64,000 nucleotides of DNA from an uncultured delta proteobacterium (GTDB taxonomy: Bacteria; Desulfobacterota; Desulfobacteria; Desulfobacterales; Desulfatirhabdiaceae), in contig CAWBKP010000015.1 in assembly GCA_963789395.1 (NCBI GenBank), forward strand, positions 64,001 through 128,000. The letters run 5' to 3'. The notes below the pieces were generated by a model. That model did not search any database and had not been told where the DNA came from. It worked only from the letters and a program-made list of their open reading frames with translations. This document shows, piece by piece, positions 1 to 9,158 of this stretch. Positions within the stretch are counted from its first letter, which is position 1. Every line of letters starts with the position of its first letter. Position numbers and translations under genes: made by a program.

Positions 1-1486
1 CTTTTCCGGCGATCAGAATCATGTCCCAGTGCCGTGACATGCGAATGGCCATATCAATGGCACGGGCGCGGTCCGGCTCAACGACATAGCCCCTTGCGGA
101 CGGCGAATTGACGGCATCATCGGGATGATAAGGCGGCAGGCCCTGCTTTCGAACACCTTTCAGGATATCCTCGATAATGGTCATCGGATCTTCGAGACGC
201 GGGTTGTCCGACGTGATGATGCAGATAGTTGCCAGGCTGGCCGCAATCTGACCCATGAGCGGCCTTTTTTCCCTGTCCCTGTTCCCACCACAGCCAAACA
301 CGCAAATAATCCTGTCCGTTGTCAGGGCCCGCAGCGTCTCAAGCACATGCTCCAATGCATCGGGAGTGTGCGCAAAATCCACAAAAACAAACCGATCCAG
401 GCTATTCGGAATGGATTGAAGCCTTCCGGGAACAAACGAAACGGATTCGATACCGGATCGAATGATGTTCAGGGGCAGGCCAAGCGCCAGGCAGGCGCCG
501 GCAGCGCAAAGCATATTTTCTATATTGAATTGGCCGATCAGCGGGGTCTCAAATTTAAACATGCCTTCGGGAGTTGAAATCACGCCTTCCATGCCAGTCT
601 GATCTTTGCGGATAATTTCGGGCCAAAGATGCCATCTATCATCAAAACCGACACTCAGGGCCGAAGGCAGTTCCCGGAACAGACGTTCTCCTTGGGCGTC
701 ATTACAGTTAATCACGGCAATGGCCTTGTCTTTTTTGGGGCCCTGGGCCAGATGTTCGGTGAACAGTTTCTTCTTGCTTTGCCAGTAATCGGCCATGTTG
801 CCGTGAAAATCCAGATGATCCTGGGTCAAATTCGTAAACACCGCAACATCCATCCAGCATGCGTCGATACGGTTCAGAAAAATCGCATGGGAAGAAGCTT
901 CCATCACCACATGGGTAACACCGTCCGCCAGCATTTCCGAGAGAATACGCTGCAGATCGGGGGCTTCCGGAGTGGTCAGTGACAGATTAAAGACTTTCCC
1001 ACCATACCGGTAGTTCAACGTGCCGATCACACCTACCGAGATATTTGCCTGCAACAGGATTTTTTCAATGATAAACGCCGTCGTGGTTTTGCCGTTTGTG
1101 CCGGTAATACCAATAATTTTCAGCTTTTCGGAAGGATTGCCGTAAAACTGACTGGACAGGGCTGCAAGGGCTTTGCGACTGTTTTCGACTTCAATATTCC
1201 AGACATTCAGGGCAACGGGCTTCTGGCTGATGACAGCTGCCGCACCCTGCTTTACGGCACTTTCAATATAGTCGTGGCCATCGGCTTTGTGCCCGGGAAT
1301 CGCAACAAACAGCCCCCCGGGCTGGACCTCTCGGGAATCAAGATGGAGAGAGCCGATTTCAGGATCCGGATTCAACTGAACCGGCAACACACACGGCATG
1401 GAAACAGGCACGTCAGAAGCAGACGTCAGCCGAATCCCGAGAACCTGGTTCGGGATAATGGTTTCCAGTAATTTAGACAGTTTCAC
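1..1486 (-). CDS. murE: UDP-N-acetylmuramoyl-tripeptide synthetase MurE (3' end runs off the window)
   Basis: GTG at 1486 overlaps the ftsI stop and reads MKLSKLLET. The reverse strand reads IGITGTNGKTT near 1110 and DMILIAGK at the window edge, in the same frame as the start. It is missing from the ORF track because no stop lies inside the window. dcw gene order fits. Confidence 0.9.
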   Translation of the reverse strand, partial: MKLSKLLETIIPNQVLGIRLTSASDVPVSMPCVLPVQLNPDPEIGSLHLDSREVQPGGLFVAIPGHKADGHDYIESAVKQGAAAVISQKPVALNVWNIEVENSRKALAALSSQFYGNPSEKLKIIGITGTNGKTTTAFIIEKILLQANISVGVIGTLNYRYGGKVFNLSLTTPEAPDLQRILSEMLADGVTHVVMEASSHAIFLNRIDACWMDVAVFTNLTQDHLDFHGNMADYWQSKKKLFTEHLAQGPKKDKAIAVINCNDAQGERLFRELPSALSVGFDDRWHLWPEIIRKDQTGMEGVISTPEGMFKFETPLIGQFNIENMLCAAGACLALGLPLNIIRSGIESVSFVPGRLQSIPNSLDRFVFVDFAHTPDALEHVLETLRALTTDRIICVFGCGGNRDREKRPLMGQIAASLATICIITSDNPRLEDPMTIIEDILKGVRKQGLPPYHPDDAVNSPSARGYVVEPDRARAIDMAIRMSRHWDMILIAGK

Positions 1487-3216
1487 CCTTCGCCCTCTTT
1501 TTCCAGCGAAACCGTAAGTCTCTTTGGGATGTTTTGCGGGGAAATATTCAAATATCCAAGCGTTTCCAGCGCGATATTCTTAAACGCCGGAGCTGCCACG
1601 GTTCCTCCATAATACCTTTTTTGCGGTTCATCCACAACAACCAAAATAACAGCTTCCGGGTAATCGGCAGGAACAAATCCGATAAAAGAGGATACATATT
1701 TTCCCCTGGCATATGCCCCATTGACGATTTTCTGCGCTGTTCCGGTCTTTCCGCAAACGGTATAGCCGTCCAAAGCGGCATTGACGCCGGTTCCTCCGGT
1801 TGTGATCACTTCCTTCATCATCTGGCGGACTGTTCGTGCGGTTTCAGTTGAGATGGCACGGCGCACCGGAGTGGGTTCAATCTTTTTTATGACCTGTCCA
1901 TTGGCGTCTGTCACAGCCTGAACCAGATAGGGTTTCATCAGAATTCCGCCATTGGCTATGGCGGAGGTGGCCGTGATCAACTGAATCGCTGAAACCGATA
2001 TTCCCTGGCCGAAGGCAATGGTTCCGGCGTCGATTTTCCGCCACTTGGTATAAGGTGCCAAAACACCTGTGGTTTCGCCGGCACAGTCAATTCCAGTTTT
2101 TTCTCCAAAACCGAATTTGCGAAGATTTTTATAAAGAATTTCAGCCCCCACCGCCTGTCCGACTTTGATAGCCCCGATATTACTGGAATATTTGATAATT
2201 TCCTGCACCGTCAGCATTCCGTAAGAATGCGTATCATGAACCACACTCCCGCCAACATTATATGCCCCGTTTTCGCAGTTAAATACAGTAGTCGGCTTGC
2301 AGATTCCGGACTCGATGGCAGCAGCAACGCTGAAAATTTTCATTGTGGAGCCGGGTTCAAACGGATCAGTCAGTGCACGGTTTCTCAGATCCCCTTTCGA
2401 ATACTCTCTGAACGCATTCGGATTGTAAGATGGATAATGGGCAAGCGCCAATATGCCGCCGGTTCTGGGATTCATGACAATGGCCATGCCGGATTTTGCG
2501 GAAAACCCCGTAACGGCTTTCTCCAGCGCCTTTTCGGTAATGTACTGAATTGCGCCGTCAACCGTCAGAATCAGGTTATTCCCATCGGAATCGGTGACAG
2601 CGGTTTTTTCGGATTCAAATCTTCGCCCCAGAGCGTCTTTAAGCACCTTGACCCGGTCTTCGGATCCCTGAAGATGGGTGTTGTAATAATATTCAACGCC
2701 TTCTATGCCTCTTCCGTCCAGACCGCAAAAACCCACCACCTGCGCACCCAGAAATTTATTCGGATAAAAGCGGCTGAATTCCGGTTTTAAAACAATGCCC
2801 GGAAGATTCAAATCAGCGAGCATTTTGGATTCTTTGGGAGTGATCTGGCGCTTTATCCACACGAACGGTTTGGTAGAGTACAGGTTGTTAATCAACTCCC
2901 GCCGGTCAATATGAAGAATCTCCGTGAGCGACTTGATCGTTGCACGCACATCCCTGATTTGTTTCGGATGCATCCCTACGGAAACCACATCGATGCTGAC
3001 TGCCATTTTCCGGTTGCCGGCGTCATAAATATTTCCGCGTTTCCCGGAAACCACATCCACTTTTTCATATTGACTCATGGCCTTATCGGCGAGCCATTCT
3101 TTCAGAAATACCTGGTAATATATGGCTTTCCCCGCCATCAGAAAGAACAGTGCATACATAATGGATCCCAGGATCCGGATTCGAAACCGCAGCATTTTGC
3201 TTTCATCTGTTTTCAT
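1483..3216 (-). CDS. ftsI: Peptidoglycan D,D-transpeptidase FtsI (PBP3)
   Basis: N-terminal TM helix, EPGSTMK (SxxK), SSN (SxN) and KTGTAQ motifs; dcw context. Confidence 0.95.
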   Translation of the reverse strand: MKTDESKMLRFRIRILGSIMYALFFLMAGKAIYYQVFLKEWLADKAMSQYEKVDVVSGKRGNIYDAGNRKMAVSIDVVSVGMHPKQIRDVRATIKSLTEILHIDRRELINNLYSTKPFVWIKRQITPKESKMLADLNLPGIVLKPEFSRFYPNKFLGAQVVGFCGLDGRGIEGVEYYYNTHLQGSEDRVKVLKDALGRRFESEKTAVTDSDGNNLILTVDGAIQYITEKALEKAVTGFSAKSGMAIVMNPRTGGILALAHYPSYNPNAFREYSKGDLRNRALTDPFEPGSTMKIFSVAAAIESGICKPTTVFNCENGAYNVGGSVVHDTHSYGMLTVQEIIKYSSNIGAIKVGQAVGAEILYKNLRKFGFGEKTGIDCAGETTGVLAPYTKWRKIDAGTIAFGQGISVSAIQLITATSAIANGGILMKPYLVQAVTDANGQVIKKIEPTPVRRAISTETARTVRQMMKEVITTGGTGVNAALDGYTVCGKTGTAQKIVNGAYARGKYVSSFIGFVPADYPEAVILVVVDEPQKRYYGGTVAAPAFKNIALETLGYLNISPQNIPKRLTVSLEKEGEG

Positions 3217-3509
3217 GGCAGCACCACCATCTGTTCGTGTGACGGAGGTTCCAGTTTCAGTTGCTGCCGGGCAATCGCGGAAATCCGTTCAGGAGATTTC
3301 AGCCGCGCAAGCTCAAGCACCAAACTGCTTTGAAGAACCATCTGTTTTCGATTGGCTTCTACATCCTTTGTCATTTCATATCCCAAACGGGTGCATTGCA
3401 CCCGGCACCAGGTATAAAAAAGAAGTTCGGTAATAAACAGCCCCAGAAGAACAATCCATATTCCGAGTAAATTCGTTTTCTGTTTTTTGGGGGAATCATG
3501 GGCAGTCAT
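3213..3509 (-). CDS. ftsL: Cell division protein FtsL
   Basis: Small protein with one TM helix and a coiled coil (LELARLKSPERI), located between rsmH and ftsI. Start is uncertain (3509, 3545 or 3566). Confidence 0.8.
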   Translation of the reverse strand: MTAHDSPKKQKTNLLGIWIVLLGLFITELLFYTWCRVQCTRLGYEMTKDVEANRKQMVLQSSLVLELARLKSPERISAIARQQLKLEPPSHEQMVVLP

Positions 3510-3562
3510 TTCAGCATCTCTGTTGAATTTCTGAAAAAAATGCATGTTCGCTGCAATGCTTC

Positions 3563-4501
3563 TCACAGCTTCTCCATGGCCCGAAGCCGCGTACTTCTGG
3601 CCATGGGGTTTTGCTGAATTTCATTTTCAGTGGGCCGCACGGCTTTTGATGTCAGCAGACGGGCTCTGGGAACCTTGTTGCATATGCATCGGGGAAAGTC
3701 CGGAGGGCAGGTGCATTTGGATTGCAAATGACGCATATGCTGTTTGACCATTCGATCTTCAAGCGAATGAAATGACAGCACACAGAGCCTTCCCCCTGGA
3801 TTTAACAGATCAGCGGCCTGTAACAAAAACGCCTCCAATCTTTCAATTTCATGATTGACGACGATACGAAGTGCCATAAACACCCGTGTTGCCGGGTGAA
3901 TTTTTGATTTATAGCGCGCAACTGGCGGTACGGCTTCACTTACGATTTTCGCAAGCTGGCTGCTGGTGGATATGGACTGGCGTTTTCGAATTTTAACGAT
4001 TTCCCGGGCAATCGCCCGGGAATGTCGCTCTTCGCCGTAACGAAAAAAAAGGTCTGCAAGAGCTGCTTCATCCAGACGATGAAGCAAGGTTTCGGCTGTC
4101 GTATCGGATCGCACATCCATTCGCATATCCAGAGGTTCGTCGGCTTTAAAACTGAATCCCCTGCCGCTTTGCGCAATCTGATGAAAGGATAACCCCAGGT
4201 CCACGAGCATCCCATCAACAGCATGAATGTTTAATTGTGACAGGAAATCCGCTGTTTGAACAAAATTGCCATGAAACAACCGCACCTGCTGAAGGTAATC
4301 CTTTAAAACGATTTGCGCATTTTCAATGGCATCCGCGTCCTGATCAATGCCAATCAGCAAGCCGCCGGGAATCATTTTCTCACAAATCCCCCTGGCGTGA
4401 CCGCAACCCCCCAGCGTACAGTCAACATAAATCTTTCCCGGCTGGCAGTTCAGATAATATGCCACTTCCCGGGGCATTGCTGGAATGTGGTGATAAGGCA
4501 T
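3563..4501 (-). CDS. rsmH: 16S rRNA m4C1402 methyltransferase RsmH (MraW)
   Basis: DCTLGGCGHA, DLGLS, PLDMRMD, HPATRVFMALRI and SFHSLEDR motifs. Confidence 0.96.
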   Translation of the reverse strand: MPYHHIPAMPREVAYYLNCQPGKIYVDCTLGGCGHARGICEKMIPGGLLIGIDQDADAIENAQIVLKDYLQQVRLFHGNFVQTADFLSQLNIHAVDGMLVDLGLSFHQIAQSGRGFSFKADEPLDMRMDVRSDTTAETLLHRLDEAALADLFFRYGEERHSRAIAREIVKIRKRQSISTSSQLAKIVSEAVPPVARYKSKIHPATRVFMALRIVVNHEIERLEAFLLQAADLLNPGGRLCVLSFHSLEDRMVKQHMRHLQSKCTCPPDFPRCICNKVPRARLLTSKAVRPTENEIQQNPMARSTRLRAMEKL

Positions 4502-4503
4502 GC

Positions 4504-4950
4504 TTAAAGTCCTAATCTGGCAATCTCGTTTCTGACATCCTCCTTTTTCATATCCGCTTCCATCTTCAGATTCTCATTGTCCCAGGTTTCACGCGACCAG
4601 ATTTCGAAGTGGTCAAGCACACCGACCACAACGATTTCCTTGTCCAGCCCGGCATATTGCCGTAGACTGGGGGGAATCAAAACCCTCTCCTGCTTGTCAC
4701 AGAGGCACTCATAGGCACCGCCGATAAAGACCCTTCGGAATCTTCGCATGCTCTCGCTTCTTTCAACCAGGGACAAAATCCGGGTTTCAATTTTATGCCA
4801 CTCCGGAAGGGTATAGGCCACCAGACCGAGGTCCATTCCGGAAACCATCAGCGAGTCACTTCCGCTGGCGTGAATCACCTCCCGGAATCTAGCCGGAACG
4901 ATAATCCTGCCCTTTCCATCAATGGTATGAAAGCTGCTTCCCCGGAACAT
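4504..4950 (-). CDS. mraZ: Division/cell wall cluster transcriptional repressor MraZ
   Basis: MFRG...IDGKGRI and DKQERVLIP AbrB-type repeats; first gene of the dcw cluster. Confidence 0.95.
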   Translation of the reverse strand: MFRGSSFHTIDGKGRIIVPARFREVIHASGSDSLMVSGMDLGLVAYTLPEWHKIETRILSLVERSESMRRFRRVFIGGAYECLCDKQERVLIPPSLRQYAGLDKEIVVVGVLDHFEIWSRETWDNENLKMEADMKKEDVRNEIARLGL

Positions 4951-4958
4951 CCGTTTTC

Positions 4959-5092
4959 CTCCACTTTACTCCACGGAATTCATACAAATACATTTTTATA
5001 ATTGTGTCAAGAGAAATTCGATTTAGCATATCTAATAATTTATTATTGTTAATAATCAAATTCTCTAAACAATCAAGTGGAGTTTTGTGGAG
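4959..5092. promoter_or_regulatory. mraZ promoter region with putative MraZ boxes (GTGGAG repeats at 10-bp pitch)
   Basis: Minus-strand GTGGAG at 4959-4964 and 4969-4974; plus-strand GTGGAG at 5077-5082 and 5087-5092; minus-strand TTGACA at 5005-5010. Confidence 0.65.
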
Positions 5093-5392
5093 ATATTTAA
5101 ATGCCGCGAATACTTGAGGCGCTTTTCATGACAACGCGCCTTTTCATCGCCGCTTGATATTACATAACTATTTAATATCGATTAATATAATTTTACAGGA
5201 ATATGGTGCATGCGCATACAGATAGCGGCCGGAATGACACGGGTAAACATCATTTTTATGTCTGAAGGGTGTCATTGTGTGTTTTTATGTACTTTCACGG
5301 CAGACAACCCCGGCATCCATGAATTCGTGCAGCATGATTTAATATTCGACTATTGAATTTAATTCAAAATTATAACGATACTCAAATATTAC

Positions 5393-5421
5393 TTGACATT
5401 TTTCAAATAGCTCCATATTTC
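5393..5421 (+). promoter_or_regulatory. Putative sigma70 promoter of the acyl-CoA catabolic operon
   Basis: TTGACA-N17-TATTTC about 80 nt upstream of the ATG at 5501. Confidence 0.4.
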
Positions 5422-5500
5422 AGTGATTCAGCCATTGCACATAATTCGCATTACAAATTTTCTTCAGCGGATTTCCGCCTCACCATGCCGGAGGGCGTAC

Positions 5501-6643
5501 ATGGATTTTGCATTTACCAGAGAGCAGCGCCTGTTCAAAAAAGAAGTGATCAATTTTGCCAGAAAAGAAATTGTCCCAAGGGTCCAGGAGCATGATCTGA
5601 AAGGCGAATTTGATTTTGAGTCGTTCCGAAAAATGGGAGATTTTGGAATACTGGGGCTTCATTTTCCTGAAGCGCTTGGCGGCGGCGGGGCAGATGTCGT
5701 TACCACCGTACTTGCCGGAGAGGCACTTGGTGAAGCTGGCGTTGATGGGGGGCTGACCCTTGCCTATGGCGCGCATTCCTTTTTGTGCGCAGACACCATT
5801 TTCCGGCATGCTGCCGAGGCGGTGCGGAAAAAATACATCCCCAGACTGGTCAGCGGCGAGTGGATCGGCTGCATGGGCCTTTCTGAACCGGATGCCGGAT
5901 CTGACGTGGCCGCGTTACGAACCACGGCAGAAAAATGCGGGGACAAGTATGTGCTGAATGGTGTTAAAATGTGGATCACCAACGGCCCGATTGCCGACGT
6001 GGCCGTGGTTTACGCCAAAACCCGACCTGAGTTGCAACATGCCGGCATGTCGGCGTTTATTGTGGAAGCGGGTACGCCTGGATTTACTGCGGGGCCGCCT
6101 CTGATCAAAATGGGGGTAAGAACCTCTCACACCTCCGAGCTGGTATTTAACCGCTGCGAAATACCGGCTGAAAACCTTCTGGGAAATGAAGGCGACGGAT
6201 TCTTAATGGCCATGCAGACCGTGGAATGGGACCGAAGTGCTCTGCTGGCGCCGCTTGTGGGATCTGCGACATATCTATTGAAAAAATGTTCCCGGTACGC
6301 CAAGGGCAGGGTGCAGTTTGGAAGGCCCATTGCCCAGTTCCAGGCCATCAAGCACAAGCTGGCGGATATTCGCATCTTTGGGGAGGCTGCACGCGCTCTG
6401 GTATACCGGATTGCCTGGTGCAAGGATCAAGGAAGACCCCTCAACCACCTGGAAGCGGCTGTGGCCAAACTCTTTGTAGGTGACTGGAGTCTTGGCCCGA
6501 CAAATGACGCGGTGGTGCTTCACGGCGGATACGGCTACACTCACGAATTTGACGTGGAGCGGATTTTCAGAGATAGCCGCCTGGCACCCATTGGCGGCGG
6601 CACCTCAGAAATTCAGAAAATGATCATTTCCAAACTGATGTAA
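5501..6643 (+). CDS. Acyl-CoA dehydrogenase
   Basis: MDFAFT start after GGAGG; GLSEPDAGSD, KMWITNG, RVQFGRPI and HGGYGY motifs. Confidence 0.93.
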   Translation: MDFAFTREQRLFKKEVINFARKEIVPRVQEHDLKGEFDFESFRKMGDFGILGLHFPEALGGGGADVVTTVLAGEALGEAGVDGGLTLAYGAHSFLCADTIFRHAAEAVRKKYIPRLVSGEWIGCMGLSEPDAGSDVAALRTTAEKCGDKYVLNGVKMWITNGPIADVAVVYAKTRPELQHAGMSAFIVEAGTPGFTAGPPLIKMGVRTSHTSELVFNRCEIPAENLLGNEGDGFLMAMQTVEWDRSALLAPLVGSATYLLKKCSRYAKGRVQFGRPIAQFQAIKHKLADIRIFGEAARALVYRIAWCKDQGRPLNHLEAAVAKLFVGDWSLGPTNDAVVLHGGYGYTHEFDVERIFRDSRLAPIGGGTSEIQKMIISKLM

Positions 6644-6703
6644 AAGACCAACAGCAGGCATTAAGACGATGCTGTTTCGTGTTGACCCAAGGGGGGCAAT
6701 AAT

Positions 6704-7819
6704 ATGAATTTTGATTTTTCCGAGGCCGAACAGGCCCTGTTTAAAGATATCCAAGACAGAATGAGGAGATACGCCGCAGGAAAAAATCTTGAGACCCAGG
6801 AAATTTCCCGGATTAAAGATGCTTTGGCGATTCTGGGGAAAACCCCATACCTGAAACTCGGGCTGGAAAATCCGAAAGAATTTGGCGGAACCTCCCTGAT
6901 GGGCGCAATGGAAACCCTGGCCGCACTCTCCCCCTCCCTGTATCTATCCGTTGAAATGAGCGCACGCCTTTTTGGCGGCATCGTCGCCGCGTGGGGTAAC
7001 ACCGCACAGAAAAAACAATGGCTGGATCCCCTGATGAAGGGTCAATGTCTGGGCGCCGTGGCCCTTTCCGAAGATTCCCTGAATGTGGACAATGATCCGC
7101 TGAAAACCACCGGAACTCAAAATGGGGAGTTTCTCAGCATTACCGGTGACAAAACCTATGTAATCAACGGCCCTGTTGCAGACTGGTTTGCGGTGGCAGG
7201 GGTGATGAATGGCCGGCTTGCTCTGTTCATTGTCGAACAGGGAAACCCCGGCCTTTCCGCCGGAGACCCATTCCATACGCTGGGATACGAGGGAACGTCC
7301 ATTTCGCGAATTTCACTTAGAAATTGCCGGATATCCATGGACCAGGTCATTTGTCCTGTTGAAGAACACCGGATTCTGGCGACCCTTCGACTCTGGGAAA
7401 ATCAAATTCTTCTGGGAGCATCTCTGGGCCTGATGAGGGCTTCGTTTGAATCCGCCAGAGAGTTTGCCAAAACCCATCGAAGCGGCGGAAAACCGATTAT
7501 TGCCTACCAGGAAGTGGCTTTCAAACTTTCAGAAATGCTGACCCTGTTGCAGACTTCTCAGCTTTTTGCGTACCGGACTGCCTGGACACTTGATACAAGC
7601 CCGATGGCGGCCGAATCCCTGATGTGGTGCGCCAAGGTATTCTGCACCGAAGCTGCGGAAAAAGTGGCCGGCTATAGCCTTCAAATCCTTGCAGGCTCTG
7701 GATATATTTCCGGAAATCCCTCTGAAATCGCCTATCGGTGCGCCAAATACGGCCAGATCGCAGGGACTTCAACTGAGATTTCCCGCGTAAAAATCGGCGA
7801 CGCTGCCCTGGGATATTGA
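6704..7819 (+). CDS. Acyl-CoA dehydrogenase family protein (divergent; possible partner subunit)
   Basis: MNFDFSE start, GAVALSE, KTYVING, GKPIIAYQEV and AKVFCTE motifs; FAD/CoA motifs partly degenerate. Confidence 0.85.
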   Translation: MNFDFSEAEQALFKDIQDRMRRYAAGKNLETQEISRIKDALAILGKTPYLKLGLENPKEFGGTSLMGAMETLAALSPSLYLSVEMSARLFGGIVAAWGNTAQKKQWLDPLMKGQCLGAVALSEDSLNVDNDPLKTTGTQNGEFLSITGDKTYVINGPVADWFAVAGVMNGRLALFIVEQGNPGLSAGDPFHTLGYEGTSISRISLRNCRISMDQVICPVEEHRILATLRLWENQILLGASLGLMRASFESAREFAKTHRSGGKPIIAYQEVAFKLSEMLTLLQTSQLFAYRTAWTLDTSPMAAESLMWCAKVFCTEAAEKVAGYSLQILAGSGYISGNPSEIAYRCAKYGQIAGTSTEISRVKIGDAALGY

Positions 7820-7926
7820 TAGGATTTTACAGCCCCTGAACGTCAGCCCCTGCTGTCAACAGCAGATTCAAAACCAGTCACAAGTACTGTAATTTATTAA
7901 AAAGAGAGGAAACAAACGCGTTTATC

Positions 7927-8580
7927 ATGCAACCCGAACAAACCGAAACCATTTCAAGAAGTGCTCAGCGACGACTGCGGGAGCGGGAATTGCGCTACCA
8001 GACCATTTTGCGAGCTTCCGAAACCCTGTTCGCCGGTGAGGGGTATCACAAGGCCAGCATGGAGCGCATCGCCGACCTGTCCGAGGTTTCGGTCGGAACT
8101 GTTTATTTTTATTTCAAGAACAAGGAAGATCTTTTGATACAGCTTCTGGATGAAATCGGATTTGAACTCAGGAACATGCTCGGCGCGGAGTTTCGAAAAA
8201 CCGATGTCGGCCTGGATGGATTCAGGCGGGCTGGAAAGATATTTTTTGAGGAATTCTGCCCCAAACACCCGGATCGCATCGCCATTATCTTCCGGGAATC
8301 CGTTGGGCAGAGCAGCCAGGTGGAAGACCACCGCAAGCTGATATTTGACCGGCTCATTGCCGATGTCCAGAATGCCTTGATCCGTCTCGGCCAGAACAAA
8401 AAGGCCGACTTTCCCGGCACGCTTTCCGCTGAAGTCATGGCTGTCAGCATCATGGGCATGTTTGAGCGTCTGGCCTATCACTATCTGATCTGGCAGGACA
8501 GATCCGACGAACTGAAGACCATCAGCAAAGATGCCGTAGACTTTATTGTGGGCGGCATCAGCCGGGTACTATGCATTTAA
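7927..8580 (+). CDS. TetR/AcrR family transcriptional regulator
   Basis: N-terminal HTH signature GYHKASMERIADLSEVSVGTVYFYFKNKEDL. Confidence 0.92.
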   Translation: MQPEQTETISRSAQRRLRERELRYQTILRASETLFAGEGYHKASMERIADLSEVSVGTVYFYFKNKEDLLIQLLDEIGFELRNMLGAEFRKTDVGLDGFRRAGKIFFEEFCPKHPDRIAIIFRESVGQSSQVEDHRKLIFDRLIADVQNALIRLGQNKKADFPGTLSAEVMAVSIMGMFERLAYHYLIWQDRSDELKTISKDAVDFIVGGISRVLCI

Positions 8581-9119
8581 AGGGCGCTCTGCACGTTCAT
8601 ACCACATGCTCGGACGGTCGGCTGACCATCCAGGAAGCCGTGGCTGTTTATGAAGCTCTGGGGTTTGATTTCATTGCACTGACCGACCACGATTTTCTGC
8701 TTCGACCGGATTGCTATGCGGCAATCCCCCAAATCCAAACCCGGATGATCCTATTTCCCGGCGTTGAGATGACAGTCTATGAAAAAGGATACGTCCATAT
8801 CAACCGGATTTCCGGCGATCGGGAAACGCTATATGTGTTCAATCATCCTTCAGAGCTGAATCTGCCGATTTCCAAAGTAAGGGATCGAATTCAGGCCATT
8901 GGCATGCAATTGCCGCTGGATGCCGTTGAAATCACTTCAAAAGGTTTCAGGACACCGGAATACGACATCCCGGAAATTCCCTATGTCAAAATCGCCACCG
9001 ACGATTCCCATACCCGGATGGGGTGCGGCAGAGCCTGGGTAGAGATGGACTGCGTTCGGAACAAGGACGCAATCATCCGGGCGATCCGTCACGGGGATTT
9101 CTGGAATTGCTATTTATAA
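8571..9119 (+). CDS. PHP-domain metallophosphoesterase
   Basis: LHVHTTCSDG, ALTDHD, GVE, NHP and DDSH metal-binding motifs. Confidence 0.85.
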   Translation: MHLKGALHVHTTCSDGRLTIQEAVAVYEALGFDFIALTDHDFLLRPDCYAAIPQIQTRMILFPGVEMTVYEKGYVHINRISGDRETLYVFNHPSELNLPISKVRDRIQAIGMQLPLDAVEITSKGFRTPEYDIPEIPYVKIATDDSHTRMGCGRAWVEMDCVRNKDAIIRAIRHGDFWNCYL

Positions 9120-9158
9120 CGGCGCATTTTCTTTTTCACACTTGGTCAGGAGGCAATT

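Noticed and set aside
1..1486. murE as a pseudogene because it is missing from the ORF track
   Set aside because: The start and the window-edge motif are in the same frame; the gene simply runs off the window.
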